From Gammaproteobacteria bacterium (GTDB lineage Bacteria > Pseudomonadota > Gammaproteobacteria > Poriferisulfidales > GCA-002705445), in the NCBI GenBank assembly GCA_029268385.1, contig JAQWPG010000009.1, positions 6,077-70,076 on the forward strand: DNA of 64,000 nt, read 5' to 3'. Shown here piece by piece: positions 41,978 to 53,188 of the stretch (position 1 is the stretch's first letter; each line of letters opens with the position of its first letter). The translations under genes were made by a program, and so were the position numbers. A model generated the notes under the pieces. It saw only the letters and a program-made list of their open reading frames with translations. It was not told the origin of the DNA and ran no database searches.

Positions 41978-43914
41978 TCACTGAAGTTGGTAATTTCATT
42001 TTAAGTATTTCAGCAACGCTTTCCTTGTGTATGTTTTCTGTTATTTTCTTCAAAAAATATGTGGGCATTAATTCTAGGTACACTTTCTGTAAAATAATCT
42101 CTCTTACTATATCGTTTTTAATCCTTGTTTCTTTTATTTTACTAGCTTACGCCTTTTTGACTGATGATTTTTCTTTAAGGTACGTTGCAAATAATTCTAA
42201 TATATCTCTAGATACTATATATAAGTTTTCAGCTGTATGGGGTGCACATGAGGGGTCAATTCTACTATGGGTTTTAGTTTTATCAGTTTGGGCATCATGC
42301 ATACCCATATTATCTTCAAATATGCCTAAAAATATTATCATTGATATGCTTTCCATCATGGGAATATTAATTTTGTTTTTTTTGACATTCATTCTTTTTA
42401 GTTCAAATCCATTCGATAGAATCTTTCCTATACCATTAAATGGTAGAGACCTTAATCCACTTCTTCAAGACCCTGGTTTGATAATACATCCTCCCATGCT
42501 TTATATTGGTTATGTGGGTACAAGTGTGCCTTTTGTTTTCGCGGTTGCTGTACTGTTAAATGGACATATAAACACAGAATGGATTTCTTGGCTTAGAAAG
42601 TGGGTAGTAACATCATGGGTTTTTCTAACTATCGGAATATCTCTAGGGAGTTGGTGGGCTTATCACGAATTAGGTTGGGGTGGATGGTGGTTTTGGGATC
42701 CAGTAGAAAACGCATCTTTTATGCCTTGGCTTGCCATAACAGCTCTTTTGCATTCATTAATAGTATCTGAGAAGAGAGAATTATTTATAAATTGGACTAT
42801 ATTATTGGCAATACTAACTTTTTCGTTGAGTTTACTTGGTGCGTTTTTGGTAAGATCAGGGATATTAGTATCTGTTCACGCTTTTGCAAATGACCCAGAA
42901 AGAGGTTTGTATATATTATTATTTTTATCGTTAGTGATCGGATTATCATTAGCATTGTATTTTTTAAAATCAAAATTATTAATTTCAAATAACCAATATT
43001 CAATTACTTCAAAAGAATTTATACTTCTATTGAATAATTTATTTTTGACCATTACAACATTCTCAATTTTATTAGGTACATTATATCCATTGATAACCAG
43101 CTCACTGGATTTAGGTAAAATCTCTGTTGGTGCACCGTATTTTAACTTTATTTTTTCAGCATTAATGTTACCGATAGTATTTTTAATGTCATTTGCTATA
43201 TATTCAAGTTGGAGTAAAACAAATTATAGTTATTTAATAAAGAAACTAGGGTTGTTGTTATTTTACTCTGTTATTATTGTTTACATATATATGAATTTTT
43301 ATCTCCAAAGTGATATTTTTGTTGTTTTCTTAGCATTATCTTTAGCAATTTTTACAATTTTTTCATCATCAATAAAAATTTTACAATTCTTATATAATTC
43401 AGGATGTTCAAATATATTAAAAAGTATTTTTTCATTGCCTAGTTCTATGGTATCAAATATATTTGCCCACATTGGTATAGGTGTATTAATTATTGGTATT
43501 ACAATGAGTAATTATTACTCGATCCAGAAAGAGGTTGTAATGAAAAAAAATTCTCAAGTAACAATAAAAGATACTTCGATTAAATTTATAGGTGTAAAAA
43601 ATAAAATTTCTAATAATTATGCTTCGCAAGTAGGAATATTTGATGCATATAAAAATAATAATTACCTTATTTCATTCTTTCCAGAGAAAAGAACATATAA
43701 TATTCAAAAAAATATTATGACAGAAGCAGCTATAAACTCTACTTTAACAAGAGATATATACGTTGCTTTAGGTGAAAGTCTTTCGAATGACTCTTGGGTA
43801 GTAAGGATTTATTACAAGCCTTATATTCAATTACTGTGGTATGGAGTTGGATTAATGATTTTAGGAGGTTTATTTGGTATATTTGGAAGAAATAAATTAG
43901 AAAATATTAAATAA
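41974..43914 (+). CDS. ccmF: Cytochrome c haem lyase subunit
   Basis: 646 aa polytopic protein with the WWD motif (...WWAYHELGWGGWWFWDPVEN...). Confidence 0.9.
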   Translation: MITEVGNFILSISATLSLCMFSVIFFKKYVGINSRYTFCKIISLTISFLILVSFILLAYAFLTDDFSLRYVANNSNISLDTIYKFSAVWGAHEGSILLWVLVLSVWASCIPILSSNMPKNIIIDMLSIMGILILFFLTFILFSSNPFDRIFPIPLNGRDLNPLLQDPGLIIHPPMLYIGYVGTSVPFVFAVAVLLNGHINTEWISWLRKWVVTSWVFLTIGISLGSWWAYHELGWGGWWFWDPVENASFMPWLAITALLHSLIVSEKRELFINWTILLAILTFSLSLLGAFLVRSGILVSVHAFANDPERGLYILLFLSLVIGLSLALYFLKSKLLISNNQYSITSKEFILLLNNLFLTITTFSILLGTLYPLITSSLDLGKISVGAPYFNFIFSALMLPIVFLMSFAIYSSWSKTNYSYLIKKLGLLLFYSVIIVYIYMNFYLQSDIFVVFLALSLAIFTIFSSSIKILQFLYNSGCSNILKSIFSLPSSMVSNIFAHIGIGVLIIGITMSNYYSIQKEVVMKKNSQVTIKDTSIKFIGVKNKISNNYASQVGIFDAYKNNNYLISFFPEKRTYNIQKNIMTEAAINSTLTRDIYVALGESLSNDSWVVRIYYKPYIQLLWYGVGLMILGGLFGIFGRNKLENIK

Positions 43915-44432
43915 TGATTCATAAGTTATCTGTCTTGCCAATATCAATTTTTTTAGTAATACTTTATTTCCTTTTTAGTGGTTTAAGTAAAGATCCAACA
44001 CTTATACCATCACCATTAATAGGAAAGCCAGTTCCTGAATTCTCATCTACGACATTATTTGAAAAAAAAACCATTACCAACACGGATCTTTTGGGTGAAA
44101 CATATCTCCTTAATGTATGGGGAAGTTGGTGCTATGGTTGTAGTATAGAGCATGACTTCATAATGGACATCAATTCAAAGAAAACCATAAAAATATATGG
44201 TTTAAATTATAAAGATAAAAGATTCGCTGCTATAAATTGGCTTGAAAAAAAAGGCAACCCATATAAAAGTATTATTTTTGATGACACAGGATCTATAGCA
44301 ATTGATTTTGGAGTTTATGGAGCGCCTGAAACGTTCTTAATAAATGATGAAGGAATAGTTATACATAAACATATAGGCCCAATTGATCAAGCTTATTATA
44401 AAAAAATAATTTTACCAGTAATTGAAAAATGA
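43914..44432 (+). CDS. ccmG: Periplasmic thiol:disulfide interchange protein DsbE
   Basis: 172 aa with N-terminal anchor and the WGSWCYGC active site. Confidence 0.85.
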   Translation: MIHKLSVLPISIFLVILYFLFSGLSKDPTLIPSPLIGKPVPEFSSTTLFEKKTITNTDLLGETYLLNVWGSWCYGCSIEHDFIMDINSKKTIKIYGLNYKDKRFAAINWLEKKGNPYKSIIFDDTGSIAIDFGVYGAPETFLINDEGIVIHKHIGPIDQAYYKKIILPVIEK

Positions 44433-45331
44433 ATAGACATATAGTTTTTATTTTAATTTTAATTTTCAATATTAGTGCAACTTATGCTGAAAATAATAAC
44501 GAATATAATAAAATTATTGAAAATTTAAGATGCTTAGTTTGTCAAAATCAATCCTTGTCAGAATCTGATTCTAATTTAGCAAAAGATTTGAGAAGTAAAG
44601 TAAAATCAATGCTTGATTCAGGAAAATCAGAAAAAGAAATATATAAATTTATGTCTGATAGATATACAGACTATGTTCTATATAACCCACCGCTGAAAAA
44701 AAGTACATTTTTTCTTTGGTATGGTCCATTTTTAATATTAATTATCTCTATTATATTTTTGATCAGGTTCTCTGGCAATAGTGGAAAATCTTCATTTAAA
44801 AGTAAGAGTGTTAATAATGATAATGAAAAACTAAAAATTAATTCACCCAAAAAAAACAAAAAATATTTTTATTTGATCGCATTTCTTTTCATTCCAGTTT
44901 TGACGCTTTCTATATATTCTTACTCGAGCGAGTATATGAGGTATAAAATATCGTACTATTTTGAATCTAAGGACCCAATAATTGATATTACAATAACAAT
45001 TCATAATGATATTTTAAGTAATATTTCTGGCAATGAGGTATTATTTGTTTATGCTAGAAGATCAAATGGCATGAGAGTTCCTTTAGCAATAGATATATTT
45101 GATGTTACTAAATCAAAAAAAAATTATAATGTTAGATTGGATAACACAATGAGTATGATTAAAGCGCAAACACTTGCTTCAGCTGATGAGGTGATTGTTG
45201 AGGCAAGAATATCAAAACACAAAAAAGCTATGACTATGCCAGGTGACTTTATTGGTACCTCAGGTGCATTTAAAATAAAGTCATCGAATTACATAATGCT
45301 TAAAATAAACTCAGTGGTAAAAGAGGAATAA
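44429..45331 (+). CDS. ccmH: Cytochrome c-type biogenesis protein CcmH (with extended C-terminal domain)
   Basis: 300 aa with signal peptide and the LRCLVCQNQSLSES (LRCxxC) motif. Confidence 0.75.
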   Translation: MNRHIVFILILIFNISATYAENNNEYNKIIENLRCLVCQNQSLSESDSNLAKDLRSKVKSMLDSGKSEKEIYKFMSDRYTDYVLYNPPLKKSTFFLWYGPFLILIISIIFLIRFSGNSGKSSFKSKSVNNDNEKLKINSPKKNKKYFYLIAFLFIPVLTLSIYSYSSEYMRYKISYYFESKDPIIDITITIHNDILSNISGNEVLFVYARRSNGMRVPLAIDIFDVTKSKKNYNVRLDNTMSMIKAQTLASADEVIVEARISKHKKAMTMPGDFIGTSGAFKIKSSNYIMLKINSVVKEE

Positions 45332-46575
45332 TGAATAATGCATCACTTTATATAGCCTATAAATTTCTGAGATCAAAGAAAAGTAGTCGATTTACATCTA
45401 TAATTTCTAAATCATCTATAGTAGGCATATCGCTCGGTATAGCAGCTGTTATAGTTGTAATGTCAATAATGAATGGTTTTCATAGTGAGATGAGAAACAA
45501 AATATTAAGTATGGTATCACACGTAATAGTTACAGAAAAAAATTATACGTTAAAGAATTGGGATAAATTAAAGTACAAGATTGACAGGAATAATCTTATA
45601 CAAGGTTCATCTCCTTATGTTGAAGGCCAGGCGATGATAAGCTTTAGAAATAATGTTCATGGAATTCAAGTAAAGGGAATAATTCCAGAATATGAAAAAA
45701 AAGTTACTAGTTTGGCAGAAAATATAATAGAGGGAAGCTTGGATAATATTGGAGTTAAGCCGTACCAGATATCTATCGGAATAGATCTAGCCAAAAAAAT
45801 GGATTTAGCTGTTGGAGATAAAATAACATTAGTTATTCCAAGAGCAAATTCTACAATGATAGGAATAGTCCCAAGAATAAAAAGATTTGAAGTTTCTTCA
45901 ATATTTAATTTTGGAATGCAGCAATATGATAAAAATTTAGTTTTTATAGATATTGATGAGGCGCAGCTACTATATGGTTTAGGAGAAAATGTTACTGGAT
46001 TAAGATTGAAATTAAATGATCTTTTTTTGTCAAAAAAAATGTCTAAAATAATTAGAGAAAACTATAATAACAATTTTATTGTTATAGATTGGACTATGAT
46101 GAATAAAAATTTTTTCAAAGCTCTGCAAATGGAAAAAACTATGCTTATGCTCCTTATGCTTTTGATAGTATTAGTTGCAACATTTAATATTATATCATCT
46201 TTATTTATGGTTGTTTCAGAAAAAAAATCAGATATTGCGATTTTGAAAACTATAGGCATGAGCTCAAAAAATATTATGCATATTTTTATACTTCAAGGAA
46301 CATTTCTTGGTTTAGTTGGTATTATTTTTGGTTTATTTTTAGGTATAACAATATCTTTAAATCTAGATCATATAGTAAATTTCATAGAGTATATTTTGGG
46401 GTACAGTCTTTTAGATTCTGATATATATATGATAAGTTCTGTTCCTGCAAAAATAGAAATTTTAGATTTATTTTATGTTTCAATTGTATCCTTTTTACTT
46501 TCAATATTGGCAACAATATACCCATCTATAAATGCATCTAAAACAATGCCAGCAGAAGCATTGAAAGGTAACTAA
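45331..46575 (+). CDS. Lipoprotein-releasing system permease (LolC/LolE family)
   Basis: 414 aa with FtsX-like topology, a large periplasmic loop and four TM helices. It is followed by lolD. Confidence 0.8.
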   Translation: MNNASLYIAYKFLRSKKSSRFTSIISKSSIVGISLGIAAVIVVMSIMNGFHSEMRNKILSMVSHVIVTEKNYTLKNWDKLKYKIDRNNLIQGSSPYVEGQAMISFRNNVHGIQVKGIIPEYEKKVTSLAENIIEGSLDNIGVKPYQISIGIDLAKKMDLAVGDKITLVIPRANSTMIGIVPRIKRFEVSSIFNFGMQQYDKNLVFIDIDEAQLLYGLGENVTGLRLKLNDLFLSKKMSKIIRENYNNNFIVIDWTMMNKNFFKALQMEKTMLMLLMLLIVLVATFNIISSLFMVVSEKKSDIAILKTIGMSSKNIMHIFILQGTFLGLVGIIFGLFLGITISLNLDHIVNFIEYILGYSLLDSDIYMISSVPAKIEILDLFYVSIVSFLLSILATIYPSINASKTMPAEALKGN

Positions 46576-46577
46576 AT

Positions 46578-47252
46578 ATGTTAATTTGTAAAAATATTTG
46601 CAAAGCTTATGATGACGGAAATACGAAGGTTAGCATTCTTAATAATTTAAATTTGGAAATAAAAAGTGGCGAATCAATTTCTATTATAGGAGCTTCTGGG
46701 AGCGGAAAAAGTACTTTATTACATGTTTTGTCATCACTAGACAGAGCAGACTCCGGGGATATAATTTTAGATAATTTATTTTTATCAGAAATAAACGAGA
46801 ATGAATTATGTAAAATTAGATTACGAAAAATTGGATTTATCTATCAATTTCACCACTTAATAAATGAGCTAACAGTTAAGGAAAACATAGCTTTGCCTTT
46901 AATGATAGATAAAAAGAACAAATCTGAAATTTCCAGTAGTGTAAATAAGGTAATTGAGCAAGTTGATTTAAAAAAAAGAGAGAATTTTCAAATAGAAAAA
47001 TTATCTGGCGGAGAAAGGCAGCGGGTTGCAATTGCAAGATCTATTGTACACGATCCAAAAATAATTTTTGCAGACGAGCCTACAGGTAATCTTGATAAAA
47101 ATAATGCTAGAAATATATTTGCGCTACTAAATGATTTGGCTAATTATAATAAATCTAGTCTATTGATGGCAACACATGATTTAGATATTGCATCTAAGTT
47201 AAATAAAAGTTTAATTCTAGAAAACGGAACATTAATTGAAGGAAATATTTAA
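46578..47252 (+). CDS. lolD: Lipoprotein-releasing system ATP-binding protein
   Basis: 224 aa ABC ATPase (GASGSGKST...[14 protein letters not shown]...[11 protein letters not shown]). Confidence 0.85.
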   Translation: MLICKNICKAYDDGNTKVSILNNLNLEIKSGESISIIGASGSGKSTLLHVLSSLDRADSGDIILDNLFLSEINENELCKIRLRKIGFIYQFHHLINELTVKENIALPLMIDKKNKSEISSSVNKVIEQVDLKKRENFQIEKLSGGERQRVAIARSIVHDPKIIFADEPTGNLDKNNARNIFALLNDLANYNKSSLLMATHDLDIASKLNKSLILENGTLIEGNI

Positions 47253-47752
47253 TTTTTTTTTCTTTTTGACCAAACTTTTATCACATAATACCTCCAATAA
47301 GATCTTATAATTATATAGCTTAAAATTGATCCTAATACTGCCAAGATTAGAGAACCAATTAATAATGGTTCCCATATAAGCATTATATCTGAAAAAATGT
47401 TTATCTCGTTATCATCTAACTTATAGTCTATATCAGTATTTACAAAAACTTTGCCAATTTTGTAAGCAAAATAAAATATTGGTGTATAAGTCAAAGGATT
47501 TGTTATCCATGTCAAAATAACAGCTATCGGTATGTTTGCTGCAAAAGTTATAGAGAGAAATGATGCTAATATCATCTGCCCTGGTATAGGCAAGAATGCG
47601 CAAAAAGCACCTATTGCAAAAGCTCTTGAAACTGATTTTTTATTTATATGCCATAAATTTGGTTGAAGTACTGCAGGCCCAAAAATTTTTAAAATTTTTT
47701 CTTCTTTTACTGTATCGATTTTAGGGAATAATCTTTTGATTACATTTTTAAT
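47249..47752 (-). CDS. DUF2062-like membrane protein
   Basis: Start taken at the internal MIKNVIKRL. The longer ORF-track start would overlap msbA. It has 3 or 4 TM helices and is convergent with lolD with a 4-bp overlap. Confidence 0.45.
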   Translation of the reverse strand: MKNVIKRLFPKIDTVKEEKILKIFGPAVLQPNLWHINKKSVSRAFAIGAFCAFLPIPGQMILASFLSITFAANIPIAVILTWITNPLTYTPIFYFAYKIGKVFVNTDIDYKLDDNEINIFSDIMLIWEPLLIGSLILAVLGSILSYIIIRSYWRYYVIKVWSKRKKN

Positions 47753-47784
47753 CATTGATGTAAAATAAGTAGTTAAATGTATTA

Positions 47785-49551
47785 ATGGAAGTATATAAGA
47801 AATTGAAAGAAAGTACTCAAAAAAATGGTTGGAATATATATAAAAGACTAATTCGTATAGCCTTAAAGAATAATGGCACTCCACTTGCATTGGCGGTCAT
47901 TGGAATGATCATAACCGCATTGAGTGATCCTGCTTTATCAGCAATCATGAAGCCAATATTAGACGGTGGTTTTATAGAAAGAGATCAAAGTGTAATTAGT
48001 TTATTACCCTTAGGTTTATTTTTAATATTTTTTTTAAGATCAATTGGTATATTTTTAACAATATATTATATGGCAAAAGTAGGACGATCTTTAGTATATA
48101 GACTAAGAGAAATGATGTTTGAAAAATTATTAAGCTTACCAATATCATTTTACGACAAATCATCATCAGGTGACTTAATGTCTAGAATATCTCATAACGT
48201 CGAATTATTATCTTCTGTAGCAGCAAGAAGTTTAATAATCTTGATAAGAGATACAATAACAATAATTGGTCTTTTAATATGGATGTTTTATTTAAGCTGG
48301 GAATTAACATTATTTTTTATTACAGCTTCCCCATTTATAGTTTTTCTTGTAAGTGCGTTAAACAAAAAGTTTAGAAGATTAACGCATGATGCTCAAAATT
48401 CTATTGGAAACATAATTCATGTTGCACAAGAAGTTATGCAAGGAAATAAAATAGTTAAAATTTTTAATGGATATTCGAGGGAAACAAAAAGGTTTTCAAA
48501 AACAAACATGTTTAATAATAATAGTCATATGAAATTAGCATTTACAGAAGGAATTAATAGTAGCGTAATAATGCTGATAGTTGGTTCCTCATTATCTGGA
48601 ATAATTCTTCTTTCAACATTTGATTTTATTCTTGAATCAATTTCAGTTGGGTCTTTTGTATCATTTATGTTTGCAATGTTTATGATTTTGGGGCCAGCAA
48701 GAGGACTTGCAAGTATTAACGCAAGACTTCAACAGGGAATAGCAGCAGGTGAAAATGTTTTTGAGCTTATTGATCAAAAATCAGAAATTGATAAAGGGGT
48801 AATTAATAAAATTGATATTAATAATAATATTGTATTTAAAAATATTAATTTTAAATATGAAAATTCAGAATCAAGTATTTTAAAAAATATAAACTTAACT
48901 ATTGAAAATGGTAATTTTGTTGCACTAGTTGGTATGTCTGGGTGCGGAAAATCAACACTTGTTAACTTAATTCCAAGATTATATAACCCTGTTTCAGGGT
49001 TTATATCTATAAACGGGATTGACATTCAGGAATTAAATATTGAAACTTTGAGATCTAATATAAGCTATGTTGGACAAGATACTATTTTATTTAACGACAC
49101 TATTAAGAATAATATTTTATATGGTAAAAACAATATTGATGATAAGGAGATTTTGCAGGCTTTAAAAAACTCATATTCAATGGATTTTATTGAAGATATG
49201 CCGGATGGTATTGATACAGTAATTGGAGAAAATGGAGTTTTGTTGTCAGGTGGACAAAGACAAAGATTAGCTATTGCTAGAGCATTTTTAAAAAATTCAC
49301 ACATATTAATTTTTGATGAAGCAACATCATCATTAGATTCAGTTTCTGAAAAATATATACAAAAAGCTTTGAATGCGTTAAAAAAAGGTAAAACAACCAT
49401 AGTTATTGCACATAGGCTGTCAACAGTGGAAAATGCTGATAAGATTGTGGTTGTTAATGATGGAGAAATTGTAGAAATGGGCAGGCATAAGGAATTAATC
49501 AATAAGAAAGGCTATTACTTTAATTTGTATAACTCGCAAACATTTCAATAG
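47785..49551 (+). CDS. msbA: Lipid A export ABC transporter (fused permease/ATPase)
   Basis: 588 aa with six TM helices plus an NBD (GMSGCGKST...LSGGQRQRLAIARA...LIFDEATSSLD). Its N-terminus aligns with E. coli MsbA, and it is followed by lpxK. Confidence 0.9.
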   Translation: MEVYKKLKESTQKNGWNIYKRLIRIALKNNGTPLALAVIGMIITALSDPALSAIMKPILDGGFIERDQSVISLLPLGLFLIFFLRSIGIFLTIYYMAKVGRSLVYRLREMMFEKLLSLPISFYDKSSSGDLMSRISHNVELLSSVAARSLIILIRDTITIIGLLIWMFYLSWELTLFFITASPFIVFLVSALNKKFRRLTHDAQNSIGNIIHVAQEVMQGNKIVKIFNGYSRETKRFSKTNMFNNNSHMKLAFTEGINSSVIMLIVGSSLSGIILLSTFDFILESISVGSFVSFMFAMFMILGPARGLASINARLQQGIAAGENVFELIDQKSEIDKGVINKIDINNNIVFKNINFKYENSESSILKNINLTIENGNFVALVGMSGCGKSTLVNLIPRLYNPVSGFISINGIDIQELNIETLRSNISYVGQDTILFNDTIKNNILYGKNNIDDKEILQALKNSYSMDFIEDMPDGIDTVIGENGVLLSGGQRQRLAIARAFLKNSHILIFDEATSSLDSVSEKYIQKALNALKKGKTTIVIAHRLSTVENADKIVVVNDGEIVEMGRHKELINKKGYYFNLYNSQTFQ

Positions 49552-50549
49552 TGTCTAATAAATCAAAATTACCAATATTAAAAAAATTATATATATATTC
49601 TCTAGATAATATTTATATACTCAACGTTCTTCTAATTCCTTTTTCATTTATATACTTTTTAATTAATTTGATAAAAAAATATTTTTTTTCAAACAATAAA
49701 GCTAACACCGTGCCAGTTATCGTCATTGGAAATTTAACAGTAGGTGGAACAGGAAAAACTTCCCTAGTAATATGGCTTTGTAACTATTTTTCATCAAGAA
49801 AGTATAATATAGGAGTTATTTCAGGAGGATATAAAACAAATAAGCCAAATGAGTTGGAGATAGTTGGAAAGTACTCTAAAGCAAATAATGTTGGTGATGA
49901 GGCTATACTGATTTATAAAAAAACAAACGCAATTATTTGTAAATCTAAGAATAGAAAAGATGCATATGAGTATTTAGTTGATAATTATAGTTTAGATATA
50001 ATTATTTCTGATGATGGTCTGACACATTACAAACTAAACAGAAATATTAATATTGTTATCGTTAAAGAAACCAAACCATTTGGAAATGGGTTGTTATTAC
50101 CCGCAGGCCCTTTAAGAGAAATTCCTTATTCAATAAGTAAATATGATAATATTATTTTTAATAAAAGTAAAAATTCAGATCTTCCGGGTTTTTTTTATGA
50201 GATTTCTAACGTAAAATCATTATCAAACAACCAAGAAATTAGAATATCTGAATTAAGCGGAACAACAGTTCATCTTGTTACAGCAATAGCAAATCCTGAT
50301 TTATTAGTAAAAAGTTTAAAAAAATTTAATATTGACCTCATCCTTCATATTTATCCAGATCATTATTTGTTGAGTAAGGATGACTATAATTTTAATGACA
50401 ACTACAAAATACTAATGACTGAAAAAGATTTTGTTAAATGTGCTAATTTCAATCTTAAAAATGCGTTTTATATACCAACAAAAATTGTTGTTGATAATGA
50501 TATTAAAATAATGTTGAATAATAAAATATCTAATTTACTTAAGTTGTGA
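49551..50549 (+). CDS. lpxK: Tetraacyldisaccharide 4'-kinase
   Basis: 332 aa. ...VPVIVIGNLTVGGTGKT... is the P-loop. Confidence 0.85.
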   Translation: MSNKSKLPILKKLYIYSLDNIYILNVLLIPFSFIYFLINLIKKYFFSNNKANTVPVIVIGNLTVGGTGKTSLVIWLCNYFSSRKYNIGVISGGYKTNKPNELEIVGKYSKANNVGDEAILIYKKTNAIICKSKNRKDAYEYLVDNYSLDIIISDDGLTHYKLNRNINIVIVKETKPFGNGLLLPAGPLREIPYSISKYDNIIFNKSKNSDLPGFFYEISNVKSLSNNQEIRISELSGTTVHLVTAIANPDLLVKSLKKFNIDLILHIYPDHYLLSKDDYNFNDNYKILMTEKDFVKCANFNLKNAFYIPTKIVVDNDIKIMLNNKISNLLKL

Positions 50550-50555
50550 GAATTT

Positions 50556-50765
50556 ATGAATAAAAATCTTTTAAATATGCTTGTATGCCCAGTTACAAAA
50601 AGTAAACTTTACTACAATAAAGATTCCAATGAGCTTATATCGTTGCCAGCAAGACTTGCTTTTAAAATTAAGGATGATATTCCTGTTATGCTTGAAGATG
50701 AGGCAAGGCAAATAGATCACGATGAGTATGAGAAGTTTAAAGAGTTATTTCTTAAATATGAGTAA
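50556..50765 (+). CDS. ycaR: Trm112-like small protein (UPF0434 family)
   Basis: 69 aa. ...[16 protein letters not shown]...[12 protein letters not shown]. Its position between lpxK and kdsB matches E. coli. Confidence 0.7.
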   Translation: MNKNLLNMLVCPVTKSKLYYNKDSNELISLPARLAFKIKDDIPVMLEDEARQIDHDEYEKFKELFLKYE

Positions 50766-50770
50766 AATTT

Positions 50771-51475
50771 ATGAAGTTTAAAGTTATTATACCGGCAAGA
50801 TATGATTCTTCTAGGTTCCCAGGAAAAGTTTTAAAGTTGATTGATGGTAAAACAATGCTCGAGCATGTGTACGATAATGCTAAAAATTCTCAAGCAGATG
50901 ATGTATTTATAGCTACAGATAGCGATATTGTTTATGAAGCAGCTTCAAAATTTACCAAAAATATTTATATGACTTCAAATAACAATAAAAATGGCACAGA
51001 AAGAGTTGCTGAATTATCAGAAGCTCTTAATTGGTTGCCCGAGGATTTAGTAATTAATCTTCAGGCAGACATGCCTGAATTGAAATTTGATAATATTAAT
51101 CTTCTTGCAGAAAAGTCTTTTAACAATCGCGGGCTATCCACTTTATATTATAATCTCGTTGATACTAAATTGTTAAAAGACAAGAATACAGTTAAAATTC
51201 TTGTAAAAGATAAGAATATTAATTTTTATAGACATTATGATGGAGATAATATCGATGATATATTTAAGCATGTTGGTATATATGCATATATTGTAAAAGA
51301 CTTGATTTTATATCAGGCGCTTCCTCAGTCTATTAATGAAAAGAACTTAAGTCTTGAACAGTTTAGGTTTTTAGATAATGGCTTTAAAATATCTGCATAT
51401 TATGCTTCAAGCAATCCTGGCATTAGTATTGATTCTATTGATAACTTAAATGACATTAATGGTGTAAATAATTGA
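50771..51475 (+). CDS. kdsB: 3-deoxy-manno-octulosonate cytidylyltransferase
   Basis: 234 aa with N-terminus MKFKVIIPARYDSSRFPGKVL. Confidence 0.9.
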   Translation: MKFKVIIPARYDSSRFPGKVLKLIDGKTMLEHVYDNAKNSQADDVFIATDSDIVYEAASKFTKNIYMTSNNNKNGTERVAELSEALNWLPEDLVINLQADMPELKFDNINLLAEKSFNNRGLSTLYYNLVDTKLLKDKNTVKILVKDKNINFYRHYDGDNIDDIFKHVGIYAYIVKDLILYQALPQSINEKNLSLEQFRFLDNGFKISAYYASSNPGISIDSIDNLNDINGVNN

Positions 51476-51849
51476 AAAAAAACAAAAAAGCTCTTCTTCT
51501 TGTGGCGCACGGAAGTAGAAAAAAAGTCTCAAATATTGAGATTCATCAACTAGCTGGCAAAATAGCCTCATCCTCAAGGTCATTTGACATTGTGGAAGCA
51601 TGTTTTTTAGAAATTGCAGCGCCTTCAATCCCGCAAGGGATAGCCTCTTGCATAGAGCAAAATGTTGCTGAAGTAATAATAATGCCTTACTTTTTAGCTG
51701 CCGGAAGGCACGTTATTGAAGATATACCCACTATTGTGGATAAAGAAAGTTTTAAATACCCTGATATATCAATAAAATCTTTACCATATTTTGGTTCAAG
51801 CCCTGTGATTGTTGACATACTTAGGACTCTAGCGGAAAATAACACTTAA
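51472..51849 (+). CDS. Small CbiX-family chelatase-like protein (125 aa)
   Basis: ...LLLVAHGSRKKVSNIEI... and the overall length match single-domain CbiX/SirB. It overlaps the kdsB stop by 4 bp. Confidence 0.55.
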   Translation: MKKNKKALLLVAHGSRKKVSNIEIHQLAGKIASSSRSFDIVEACFLEIAAPSIPQGIASCIEQNVAEVIIMPYFLAAGRHVIEDIPTIVDKESFKYPDISIKSLPYFGSSPVIVDILRTLAENNT

Positions 51850-51887
51850 TAAATTGAATAATTTTATATTACATGGAAGGAGATACG

Positions 51888-53171
51888 ATGTTTAACGAAG
51901 ATATGAAAATAGAGGGTTACGACCCAGAATTAGCAAAAGCTATTAAAAACGAAATTAAAAGACAAGAAGAACATATTGAACTTATAGCATCCGAAAATTA
52001 TGCTAGCCCAAGAGTAATAGAGGCTCAAGGTTCAGTGTTAACAAACAAATACGCAGAGGGTTATCCAGGAAAAAGATATTATGGTGGTTGCGAGAACGTT
52101 GATGTCGCAGAACAATTGGCCATTGATCGATTAAAAGAAGTATATGGAGCAGATTATGCAAATGTTCAGCCTCATTCTGGATCTCAAGCTAATGCTGCAG
52201 TTTATTTGGCATTATTAAATGCCGGAGATACTATTTTGGGAATGAGTTTAGACGCTGGTGGTCATTTAACCCATGGATCTAAAGTGAACTTTTCTGGAAA
52301 GTTATTTAACGCTGTTCAGTATGGTATTGATGATAATGGAATGCTTGATTATGATGAAATAGAAAGGTTAGCTATGGAGCATAAACCAAAGATGCTCGTA
52401 GGAGGCTTTTCTGCTTATTCTCAAGTTATTGATTGGGAAAGAATGTCTCAAATAGCAAAAAAAGTTGGCGCTTATTTTATGGTTGATATGGCTCATGTAT
52501 CAGGCTTAGTTGCCGGAGGTGTTTACCCTTCACCAGTCCCATTTGCTGATGTAGTAACATCAACAACACACAAAACATTAAGAGGGCCAAGAGGAGGCAT
52601 TATAATTTGTAAATCTAATCCAGATTTAGAAAAGAAATTTAATTCTCTTGTATTTCCTGGAACCCAAGGTGGGCCATTAATGCATGTTATTGCTGCAAAA
52701 GCAGTTGCTTTTAAAGAAGCTTTAGAGCCAGAATTCAAAGAATATATGAAACAAGTTGTTCTTAATGCAGATACTTTGGCTAAAACTATAATTGGAAGAG
52801 GGTTTGATATTGTTTCTGGAGGAACTAAAAATCACTTAATGTTAGTTAGTTTGGTTAAGCAAGGTTTGACTGGCAAAGCAGCAGATGCTGCGCTTCATAA
52901 AGCAAATATTACTGTTAATAAAAACTCTGTTCCTAATGATCCACAAAGTCCATTTGTTACAAGTGGAATAAGATTGGGGACAGCCGCAATAACCACAAGG
53001 GGCTTTAAAGAGGCAGAGACAGTAATACTTGGTAATTTAATATGTGATGTGCTTGATGATATCGAAAATGAGTCAACCCTAAAATCTGTGAGAGAGAAGG
53101 TATTGAATTTAACCTCCCAATACCCAGTGTATGCAAAATCAGTAGCGTTAAATGCTGCTTCCGCTGCATAA
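51888..53171 (+). CDS. glyA: Serine hydroxymethyltransferase
   Basis: ATG at 51888 with the RBS ggaagga. ...[42 protein letters not shown]... plus the PLP lysine region [14 protein letters not shown]. Confidence 0.95.
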   Translation: MFNEDMKIEGYDPELAKAIKNEIKRQEEHIELIASENYASPRVIEAQGSVLTNKYAEGYPGKRYYGGCENVDVAEQLAIDRLKEVYGADYANVQPHSGSQANAAVYLALLNAGDTILGMSLDAGGHLTHGSKVNFSGKLFNAVQYGIDDNGMLDYDEIERLAMEHKPKMLVGGFSAYSQVIDWERMSQIAKKVGAYFMVDMAHVSGLVAGGVYPSPVPFADVVTSTTHKTLRGPRGGIIICKSNPDLEKKFNSLVFPGTQGGPLMHVIAAKAVAFKEALEPEFKEYMKQVVLNADTLAKTIIGRGFDIVSGGTKNHLMLVSLVKQGLTGKAADAALHKANITVNKNSVPNDPQSPFVTSGIRLGTAAITTRGFKEAETVILGNLICDVLDDIENESTLKSVREKVLNLTSQYPVYAKSVALNAASAA

Positions 53172-53188
53172 AGGGAGTATTGTGCTAA

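Noticed and set aside
47753-47890. Long N-terminal extension of the DUF2062-like ORF overlapping msbA
   Set aside because: The extension would overlap the msbA N-terminus, which aligns convincingly with E. coli MsbA. The internal MIKNVIKRL start is used instead.
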